From assembly GCA_963719085.1 (NCBI GenBank), contig CAVRAL010000004.1, forward strand, positions 704,001 to 768,000: DNA of 64,000 nt. Direction: 5' to 3'. Below the pieces are notes generated by a model. The model was not told the origin of the DNA and made no database searches. It saw nothing but the letters and a program-made list of their open reading frames with translations. Position 1 is the first letter of the stretch. Every line of letters begins with the position of its first letter. Shown piece by piece: positions 56,705 through 64,000 of this stretch. Position numbers and translations under genes: made by a program. The stretch comes from a candidate division FCPU426 bacterium (GTDB lineage: Bacteria > Oederibacteriota > Muellerivitia > Muellerivitales > Muellerivitaceae).

Positions 56705-56728
56705 TTCTTTTTAACTCATTTGCCGTTC

Positions 56729-56762
56729 AAAAGGCTTCGGAAATAACCGAAGCCTTTTTTTA
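56729..56762 (+). terminator. Intrinsic terminator after jag
   Basis: AAAAGGCTTCGG-aaataa-CCGAAGCCTTTTTTT. Confidence 0.85.
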
Positions 56763-56821
56763 TTTCCCAAAGTCGTGGATAATTTTTAAAAAGCCCTACA
56801 CCAGCCGGGGAAAGAAAAGAC

Positions 56822-58192
56822 ATGTACGGATTCGACGACACGATTTGCGCCATCGCCACTCCCCCGGGAATGGGCGGAATCGGGATTATCCGTGTTTCGG
56901 GCCCCGCGGCTTTTAAGATCAGCGGCGTCTTTTTAGGTGGTTCGGAATCATTTGACAAAAAGCGCCGGCTTTCGTTTCAAAAATTCATCCACCCGCAGAC
57001 CCGCGAAATTTTAGACGAGGGGTTGCTTCTGGCGATGCCGGGACCCAACAGTTACACAGGGGAAGATGTGGTGGAGTTTCACTTGCATGGCAGTCCTTCC
57101 CTTTTGGCATACCTCTTACGGCTGTTAATTGAAGGAGGGGCCCGTCCGGCGGACCCCGGGGAATTTACTTACCGCGCCTTTTTATCGGGCCGGCTGGATT
57201 TGACCCAGGCGGAGGCCGTGGAAGAACTCATTTCGGCTCAAGGCGACGCCTCGAGGAGGCAAGCGCTTCAACATTTGACCGGCGGGCTAGCGGCTTATTT
57301 GGAACCCCTGGAAGAGGCGCTCAAGTCCCTCTATTTAAAAATTGAGGCACGGCTTGAGTTTTCCGAGGACGGAATCCCTCCGCTTGATTTCGAGAAATTC
57401 AAGCTGGAGGTCCAGGCGGTCCAGGGCCAATTGAGAAAACTTTTGGAAAGTTACAGCCAAGGCAAGATCCTCAAAAACGGCCTGACGGTGGCCCTGGTGG
57501 GTCCGCCGAACGTGGGCAAGTCGAGCTTGCTCAACCGGTTAGTGGGCACGAATCGGGCGATTGTGACGCCCCTGGCGGGGACTACGCGGGATGTGATTGA
57601 GGGGCAGATGCTCTTCAAGGGTATCCAAGTCCGTTTTTTTGATACGGCGGGCCTGCGGGATTCCTCCAATGTGGTGGAAGCGGAGGGGATCCGCCGAAGC
57701 CAGCAGTTAATTGAGGAAGCTGATTTTATCTTTTGGGTGGTTGATTCCACCCAAGTCGAGGAATCAATCCAAGAGTTCAAAAACCACTCGGTCGATCCTT
57801 CCCGAAGCTGGTTTCTTTTCAATAAAAGTGATTTGGTTTCCGGCGAAGCGCCTTGGAAAAATTACCCTCCGTTACCGGCGTCTCGATGCCTTTCCATCTC
57901 CTGTCAAACTCCCGAAGGCCTAGAGCCTTTGTTGGCTCGATTGATGGAGCTGATCGAGACGCCGGCCTCTTCCCAAGATATTATTTTGACCTCGGCCCGC
58001 CATCAAAAGGAGACGGGCTTGGCCCATCAAGCTTTGGCCAATCTTCAAGCCCTATTCAAAGAAGGCCAATCCTATGAATTATGGGCGGAGGAGCTTCGGG
58101 AAGCCGCCTTGGCCATCGGCCGGATCCGCGGCCGAAACCTGCCGGGAACGGCCTTTGAGGAGATATTTACCAAGTTTTGCATCGGTAAATAA
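56822..58192 (+). CDS. mnmE: tRNA U34 modification GTPase
   Basis: DTICAIATP, IIRVSG, SYTGED, GPPNVGKSS, GTTRD, DTAG, FCIGK. Confidence 0.97.
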   Translation: MYGFDDTICAIATPPGMGGIGIIRVSGPAAFKISGVFLGGSESFDKKRRLSFQKFIHPQTREILDEGLLLAMPGPNSYTGEDVVEFHLHGSPSLLAYLLRLLIEGGARPADPGEFTYRAFLSGRLDLTQAEAVEELISAQGDASRRQALQHLTGGLAAYLEPLEEALKSLYLKIEARLEFSEDGIPPLDFEKFKLEVQAVQGQLRKLLESYSQGKILKNGLTVALVGPPNVGKSSLLNRLVGTNRAIVTPLAGTTRDVIEGQMLFKGIQVRFFDTAGLRDSSNVVEAEGIRRSQQLIEEADFIFWVVDSTQVEESIQEFKNHSVDPSRSWFLFNKSDLVSGEAPWKNYPPLPASRCLSISCQTPEGLEPLLARLMELIETPASSQDIILTSARHQKETGLAHQALANLQALFKEGQSYELWAEELREAALAIGRIRGRNLPGTAFEEIFTKFCIGK

Positions 58193-58282
58193 GCGCTTCC
58201 CCAAGCGACCTTCATTTTTAAATAATGAACAAAAAAAGTCACATAAGAATACGGCCCCCCGGGCGGGCCGGCGCTCAGGCGT

Positions 58283-58298
58283 TGTTCCACGTGGAACA
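58283..58298. promoter_or_regulatory. parS centromere site
   Basis: Perfect palindrome TGTTCCACGTGGAACA. Confidence 0.92.
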
Positions 58299-58396
58299 AT
58301 TTAAAGGCGGGCGCGCTTTTTCGCCGGAGGGTAGAAAGTTGTACCTTCCCCGGACTTGTGTTATAAATTTCAGCGGTTAAATTTTAAAAGGCCTTT

Positions 58397-60301
58397 ATGT
58401 CTTTTCACTCTTCCTCTTCTTATGACGTGATTGTGGTTGGCGCCGGCCATGCCGGTTGCGAAGCTTCCTTGGCTTGCGCCCGGATGGGCTTGGCCACGGC
58501 CCTCTTAACGATGAACCCCGATACGATCGCCAAGATGAGTTGCAATCCCGCGGTGGGCGGGCTGGCGAAGGGCCACTTGGTCCGCGAGATCGACGCGCTC
58601 GGCGGCGAGATGGCCAAGGCCACCGATGAAACTTCCATTCAATCCCGAATCCTAAACAAAACCCAGGGGCCCGCGGTCTGGGGCTACCGGGCCCAATGCG
58701 ACAAAGAGCTTTATAACGAACGCATGCGAAAAACTATTTTTGCCCAGCCCAATTTATTCGTGAAGCAAGCCCTGGTGGAACGTTTGATCGTGGAGGACGG
58801 AAAAGTTGTCGGCGCCATCACCCAATATGGAGAAGAGATCAAAGCCAAAGCGGTCATTATCACCACGGGAACTTTTTTAAACGGGTTGATGCATATCGGT
58901 GAGACCAAAATTGAGGGAGGCCGCACGGGCGAATTGACCTCGAAGGGGCTTCCATCCCATTTGAAAGAATTAGGATTTGAGGTCGGGCGCTTAAAAACCG
59001 GAACCAATCCCCGCGTGAACCGAGCCTCGATTGATTTCACTCAAACCGAAGAACAATGGGGAGACGCGACCCCGGTTCCCTTCTCGCATTTTACGACCCA
59101 GTTCCCGCTTCAGCCGCAGATCGCCTGCCATATCACTTATACCAATGAAAAAACCCATGGGGCGATTCGGGATAATATGAGCCGCTCACCGCTTTATTCG
59201 GGAACCATTAAGGGTATCGGGCCCCGTTACTGTCCTTCGATTGAGGACAAGGTAGTGAAATTTCCGGACAAACTCCGCCATCAAATCTTTTTGGAACCCG
59301 AGGGTCTTGCGTCGAATGAGTTTTATTTAAACGGCCTTTCCACTTCCCTGCCTCTGGACGCCCAATACGCTTTTTTGCGCACGATTCCCGGATTAGAAAA
59401 GGCGGAGATTGTCCGGCCCGGTTACGCGGTGGAATATGATTTCGTTCCCCCGACCCAGGTCAAACACACGCTGGAGTCTTACCGAATTCAAAACCTTTTC
59501 CTGGCCGGTCAAATTAATGGGACCTCCGGCTATGAGGAAGCGGCCGCTCAAGGCTTAATGGCGGGTATCAACGCCGCCTTAGCCGTCAAAGGGCTGCCCG
59601 GATTCGTGCTTTCGCGCTCCGAAGCCTATATCGGTGTTCTCATTGACGATCTGGTCACCAAAGGAACGGATGAACCCTACCGTTTATTCACTTCCCGGGC
59701 TGAATACCGGCTTTTGCTCAGGCCTGATAACGCCGATCTTCGATTAATGGAAAAAGGTTTTGAACTGGGGCTTATTTCAAAGCCCGCGCATGAAAAGGTG
59801 GTTGAGAAAAAGGACAAGATCGAAAAAGGAATCCAAGCCTTTCGAACCCGGATTTTGCCGCCCGAAGCGGCACCCAATGAAGCCCTTCAGCTGGTTTTGG
59901 CAGACCGCGCGCTTCACTTAGACGCGGTAATGCGCCGGACCTCGGTGACTTATGAAGGCTTAAAACCCTATTTGTCCGCGGATTTGCAGTGGGAACCCGA
60001 GGTGAGCTTCCAAGTGGAAGTGGAATTGAAATACGAAGGTTATTTGCATAAGCAGCGCCAAGAAATCCAACGGCAGAGCCGCTATGAAACCTTAACCATT
60101 CCCCGGGATTTTCCTTATCTGGAAACCACGACCTTTTCCCGGGAAGCCAAAGAAAAGCTTCATCGGATTAGGCCGGAGACCTTTGGCCAAGCCGGCCGGA
60201 TCCAAGGGGTAACGCCTGCGGATTTGAGTGTACTTTTGCTGGCATTAAGCCGCTATGCGAAAAGCCAATTTGAGTCCATCGCTTCGGAATCCGTGGATTG
60301 A
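58397..60301 (+). CDS. mnmG: tRNA U34 carboxymethylaminomethyl modification enzyme
   Basis: [50 protein letters not shown]. Confidence 0.98.
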   Translation: MSFHSSSSYDVIVVGAGHAGCEASLACARMGLATALLTMNPDTIAKMSCNPAVGGLAKGHLVREIDALGGEMAKATDETSIQSRILNKTQGPAVWGYRAQCDKELYNERMRKTIFAQPNLFVKQALVERLIVEDGKVVGAITQYGEEIKAKAVIITTGTFLNGLMHIGETKIEGGRTGELTSKGLPSHLKELGFEVGRLKTGTNPRVNRASIDFTQTEEQWGDATPVPFSHFTTQFPLQPQIACHITYTNEKTHGAIRDNMSRSPLYSGTIKGIGPRYCPSIEDKVVKFPDKLRHQIFLEPEGLASNEFYLNGLSTSLPLDAQYAFLRTIPGLEKAEIVRPGYAVEYDFVPPTQVKHTLESYRIQNLFLAGQINGTSGYEEAAAQGLMAGINAALAVKGLPGFVLSRSEAYIGVLIDDLVTKGTDEPYRLFTSRAEYRLLLRPDNADLRLMEKGFELGLISKPAHEKVVEKKDKIEKGIQAFRTRILPPEAAPNEALQLVLADRALHLDAVMRRTSVTYEGLKPYLSADLQWEPEVSFQVEVELKYEGYLHKQRQEIQRQSRYETLTIPRDFPYLETTTFSREAKEKLHRIRPETFGQAGRIQGVTPADLSVLLLALSRYAKSQFESIASESVD

Positions 60302-61029
60302 GCTTAAACGCTTCCGAGATACGCCGGCTTTTTGAAAGCTACTCTCTCGCTGATTTTTTCCCCGTTTCTCAAGACGAATCTCTCGCCCGCTTCACCCAAA
60401 AAATGTTGGAACTCAACGAAGTCCTCAATTTAACCAAGTGGATCAAGCCGGAAGAAGTGGCGCATTACCATCTTCTGGACTCGGCCTTTGGAATGCCGTT
60501 ATTGAAATCTTTGGGCCCTTCATCAGGCGATCGTTGGATGGACCTGGGAACCGGTGGGGGTTTCCCCGGCGCGTTGGTTTTAGCGGCCTTTCCCGAATTA
60601 AAATTAACCTTGGTGGACTCCGTGGCGAAAAAAGGGCGGGCCTTGGAACAGTGCCTGGCGGCCGCTTCCTGGACGGCGGAAGTTGTCGCTGAGCGGGCCG
60701 AAAATTTGGGCCGGGATCCCAAGACCCGGGAATCTTGGAATGGCGTGGTGGCCCGGGCGGTCGCTGATTTCCCCGTTTTGCTCGAGTACGCCATCCCCCT
60801 CTTGAGGCCTCACGGACATCTTTTAAATTGGATGACCCAAGAGCAAATGGAAAAAGTGGATAAGGCAAAAAACGCGCTCCAAGAACTCAACGCCCAATTG
60901 GTGGAAAAAAAGGAATATCGCCTGCCGGGGCTTTCCCAATCCCGGTGGATTGTGCTTGTGGAAAAGTTGGGGAAAACCGACGCGCGCTATCCCCGCCTGG
61001 TAGGCCAAGCCTCTAAAAAGCCGCTCTAA
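60298..61029 (+). CDS. rsmG: 16S rRNA m7G527 methyltransferase
   Basis: [29 protein letters not shown] overlap with mnmG. Confidence 0.95.
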   Translation: MSLNASEIRRLFESYSLADFFPVSQDESLARFTQKMLELNEVLNLTKWIKPEEVAHYHLLDSAFGMPLLKSLGPSSGDRWMDLGTGGGFPGALVLAAFPELKLTLVDSVAKKGRALEQCLAAASWTAEVVAERAENLGRDPKTRESWNGVVARAVADFPVLLEYAIPLLRPHGHLLNWMTQEQMEKVDKAKNALQELNAQLVEKKEYRLPGLSQSRWIVLVEKLGKTDARYPRLVGQASKKPL

Positions 61030-61083
61030 AAATTCACGGCATTCCAAGCGATGCCCTTTTGAGAAAGTGAACTTTTACCGCAA

Positions 61084-61099
61084 TGTTCCACGTGGAACA
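61084..61099. promoter_or_regulatory. parS centromere site
   Basis: Perfect palindrome TGTTCCACGTGGAACA, identical to the 58283 copy. Confidence 0.92.
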
Positions 61100-61382
61100 C
61101 CTGACTTGAGGCCTTTTTAAATATGCCCAATTTATTATTCAATTTTTTTAAAAGCCATTTTAAAATAGGGTGAAAAGCCCGAATTAAAAAATGAAAAACC
61201 CTCTTTGAAAGTTTATAATAAGCGGGCTTTAAATGAACGATCCCGCTTATTAATAGGAAGAGGCCCATCGGGACATTTGAGGCCTTCTAGAGGGCTTTTA
61301 AACGCTCTTCAGCGAGGAACAGACGACGATACCCTTCGTTAAGTCGCAAGAACACTATTCTTAAATAAGCAGGGGTTAAGGT

Positions 61383-62501
61383 GTGCATGTTGGTTCCATT
61401 CGGCTTTCCCAGTTTCGCAATTACACCTCGTTGGAGGTTCGATTCCATTCCCGGTTGAATCTTCTTTTGGGAATGAACGCTCAAGGTAAGACCAGTCTTT
61501 TAGAAGCGCTTTACTGTCTTTCCGCCGCCCGGTCTTTTCGGGCCGGTGTGGATGATGAAATGATTCAATTCGGCCACGAGACCGCCGGCATTGAAGGCGT
61601 GATTCATCGGGAGAAGGGCCAAGATCAGGTTTTTTTGGAACTGAAAAAGAGCAAAGGAAAAACACTCACCCTTAACGGGAAGAAGCAAAAAAAGCTTTCA
61701 ACTCTTTTGGGACAAATGCCGGCGGTGGTTTTTTCCCCGGACGACCTTTTCCTGGTTAAGGGCGCTCCCGGGCTTCGGCGAAAGTACTTAGACCTGACGA
61801 TTCTTCAGTTGGAACCGGGGTTTCTTCCCCACTTCCAGCTTTATGAGCGGGCCTTAAAACAGCGTAACGCTTTGCTTCGGCAAAGGATGGAAAACTTAGA
61901 AACCCAACTGCCGCTTTGGGACGCGCCTCTGGCGGAGCATGGCGCGGCGATTCTTCGAAAGCGGTTGGAGATAAGCCAAGGCCTCTCTGTTTTAGCGGGC
62001 CGGGCCTTGGGCGATTTGACGGGTGGGCTTGAAAAATTTGAGCTGCGGTATGAAAGTTCGCTGCTAAGCGCTGAAAAAACAGAAGTCACGAAAGAACAAA
62101 TGCTTCAAGCCTTTGGAAGGGCCCGCAAAGAAGAGATCGCGCGGGGCCTCACCGTGGTCGGGCCGCATCGGGACGATATCGGTTTTTTCGTGAACGGCGA
62201 GCTTTTAAGAAAATTTGGAAGCCAAGGACAGCAACGCACCGCGGCCCTGGCCTTGAAACTGGCCCAGTTGTCGCTTTTAGCCGAGGGCTGCCACACGGAG
62301 CCGCTGGTTTTATTTGACGACGTGATGTCGGAGCTGGACGAGAAACGACAGGCTTTTTTTTTGAACCGGCTTCAACGGGGGGGGCAGGCTTTTTTAACTG
62401 GGACCTCCGCCCACGATTTCGCCGCGGCGGCGCAGGGCGCCCGGGTGTTTACGGTCGAAGAGGGCCAGGTGAAGATGGTTCAGGAAGGTCCAGTCCCTTG
62501 A
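61383..62501 (+). CDS. recF: DNA replication/repair protein RecF
   Basis: FRNY, GMNAQGKTS, RSFR, QRNALL, GPHRDD, SQGQQR, DDVMSELD. Confidence 0.97.
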   Translation: MHVGSIRLSQFRNYTSLEVRFHSRLNLLLGMNAQGKTSLLEALYCLSAARSFRAGVDDEMIQFGHETAGIEGVIHREKGQDQVFLELKKSKGKTLTLNGKKQKKLSTLLGQMPAVVFSPDDLFLVKGAPGLRRKYLDLTILQLEPGFLPHFQLYERALKQRNALLRQRMENLETQLPLWDAPLAEHGAAILRKRLEISQGLSVLAGRALGDLTGGLEKFELRYESSLLSAEKTEVTKEQMLQAFGRARKEEIARGLTVVGPHRDDIGFFVNGELLRKFGSQGQQRTAALALKLAQLSLLAEGCHTEPLVLFDDVMSELDEKRQAFFLNRLQRGGQAFLTGTSAHDFAAAAQGARVFTVEEGQVKMVQEGPVP

Positions 62502-62533
62502 CGAACTGAATCAGGGCCTTCACGGAGACTTAA

Positions 62534-62869
62534 ATGAAGCGGCGTAAAATTCAGCCTCGCAACGGTTTGGTGGAAATCGGCGAACTTTTGGAAGGCGCTC
62601 TCAAACAGCTGGGGGCGAAATCGGATTACGAATTATTCCGTGTCGGCAAGCAGTGCCGTGAGCTATTGGGTGACCGGGCCGCGAACGCCCTGGTGGAAGT
62701 TTCGTTTAAGGACAGTCAAGTGGGTCTTCAGTTCAACCAAGCGATTTGGTTGAATGAAATGAATTTTCGAAAAGCCGAATTGTTAACCCAGCTTCAAACT
62801 TTGCTGCCGGACCTAGGGATTAAAAGCATCAATCTGGGGCTGGGGCGTAGCCCGAAATCTAAAGCGTAA
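62534..62869 (+). CDS. dciA: DciA/DUF721 family helicase-loading factor
   Basis: 111 aa between recF and gyr[19 protein letters not shown] pattern. Confidence 0.7.
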   Translation: MKRRKIQPRNGLVEIGELLEGALKQLGAKSDYELFRVGKQCRELLGDRAANALVEVSFKDSQVGLQFNQAIWLNEMNFRKAELLTQLQTLLPDLGIKSINLGLGRSPKSKA

Positions 62870-62883
62870 GGACATTAGCCTTT

Positions 62884-64000
62884 ATGGCGAAAAAAGCAGC
62901 GAAGACCCAAGTTGTAAAAGAAAAAACAGTCAAAACCGAAAAGGCCCCGCCGGTCGAAAAGGCGCCTAAAAATCCCGCCGAATATTCAGCGGGGAACATC
63001 ACGGTTTTGGAAGGCTTGGATGCCGTCCGTAAACGGCCCGCCATGTATATCGGCTCCACCGCGGGTTCGGGGTTGCATCACTTGGTTTATGAAATCGTCG
63101 ACAACTCCATTGACGAGGCCTTGGCCGGTCATTGTGATTCCATCGAGGTCGTGATCCATTCGGACAATTCGATTTCGGTCACGGATAACGGCCGCGGGAT
63201 TCCGGTCGAGATGCATCCCACCGAAAAGATGTCGGCGCTGGAATTGGTTCTTACCAAACTGCACGCCGGCGGTAAGTTTGACCACAACAGCTACAAGGTT
63301 TCCGGCGGGCTTCACGGGGTGGGAAGCTCGGTGGTGAACGCGCTTTCGGAGTGGCTGGAAGTGGAGGTCCGCCGCGACGGCAAGGTCTGGGCCCAATCCT
63401 ACAAACGGGGTAAACCGGAGGCCAAGGTCCGGCCGATCGGCGAAGCCAAAAAAACCGGGACCAAAATCACTTTTTTACCCGATAAAACTATTTTCACCGA
63501 GACGGTTTATTCCTACGACATCCTGGCCAAGCGCCTGCGCGAGCTGGCTTTTCTCAATAAGGGCATCTTTATCAAGCTGGTGGATGAGCGCGGCAAGGGC
63601 AAGGAAGCCGTGTTCCAATACAACGGCGGAATTATCCAGTTCGTGAAATATTTGAACGAGACCAAAGAAGTCTTGTTCGCCACGCCGCTTTATTTTGAGA
63701 AAGAAAAAGACCGCGTCATTGTGGAAGTGGCCATCCAATACAACGAGTCCTACGCGGAGACCATTTTTTCTTTCGTCAACAACATCAACACCATCGAGGG
63801 CGGCACCCATGTTCAAGGCTTTCGCTCGGCGCTGACCCGCACCATCAACGATTACGCCAAGAAAAATTCCATGATCAAAGAATCCGATCCGCCGATCACG
63901 GGGGATGATTCGCGCGAAGGCTTGACCGTGGTCATCTCCGTCAAGGTGCCGGATCCGCAGTTCGAGGGCCAAACCAAAACCAAACTGGGGAACGGGGAAG
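62884..64000 (+). CDS. gyrB: DNA gyrase subunit B (5' part, runs off window)
   Basis: Manual translation [52 protein letters not shown]. Confidence 0.97.
   Translation, partial: MAKKAAKTQVVKEKTVKTEKAPPVEKAPKNPAEYSAGNITVLEGLDAVRKRPAMYIGSTAGSGLHHLVYEIVDNSIDEALAGHCDSIEVVIHSDNSISVTDNGRGIPVEMHPTEKMSALELVLTKLHAGGKFDHNSYKVSGGLHGVGSSVVNALSEWLEVEVRRDGKVWAQSYKRGKPEAKVRPIGEAKKTGTKITFLPDKTIFTETVYSYDILAKRLRELAFLNKGIFIKLVDERGKGKEAVFQYNGGIIQFVKYLNETKEVLFATPLYFEKEKDRVIVEVAIQYNESYAETIFSFVNNINTIEGGTHVQGFRSALTRTINDYAKKNSMIKESDPPITGDDSREGLTVVISVKVPDPQFEGQTKTKLGNGE

Noticed and set aside
62986..63972. Minus-strand ORFs of 136 and 165 aa
   Set aside because: Antisense shadows of gyrB, which is absent from the ORF track only because it lacks a stop in the window
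1..64000. tRNA, rRNA, prophage or transposase genes
   Set aside because: None recognised; intergenic gaps are short and explained by promoters, terminators, oriC and parS

Overview
Chromosomal window of a Gram-negative-like bacterium (hldD suggests heptose/LPS; taxon not identifiable from sequence) that spans the replication origin. Left to right: (1) a surface-glycan/acyl-modification operon (hexapeptide acyltransferase, GtrB-like GT2, radical SAM/SPASM, ACP, a truncated next gene) facing a GT-C membrane protein; (2) CDF transporter, addAB, ispH and accessory genes; (3) a tightly coupled 10-gene minus-strand cluster (about 18.0-29.3 kb): KS, inactive KS/chain-length-factor, ACP, FabZ, FabG, Sfp PPTase, retinol-saturase/CrtI-like flavoprotein, then a PhcB-like methyltransferase, PhcS-like hybrid sensor and PhcR-like receiver/pseudokinase. 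This is the best candidate for a new system: a Ralstonia Phc-type methyl-ester signalling module with its own lipid/polyene synthase; (4) housekeeping and accessory genes (stand-alone Cas4/RecB-like nuclease, M3 peptidase, PAP2, YeeE/YedE pair, purC, hldD, thiO-like, GH50-like, GAF-HD-GYP, MrfA-MrfB-like fusion); (5) dnaN-dnaA with a bipartite oriC (DnaA boxes, DnaA-trios), a cobamide-salvage block and a tandem Fis-like HTH gene between dnaA and rpmH, rpmH-rnpA-yidD-yidC-jag-mnmE-mnmG-rsmG with two perfect parS sites, then recF-dciA-gyrB (an order explained by an origin-spanning inversion). Several genes look leaderless. No rRNA, tRNA, CRISPR array or mobile element was seen. All calls come from motif recognition by eye; no searches were run.
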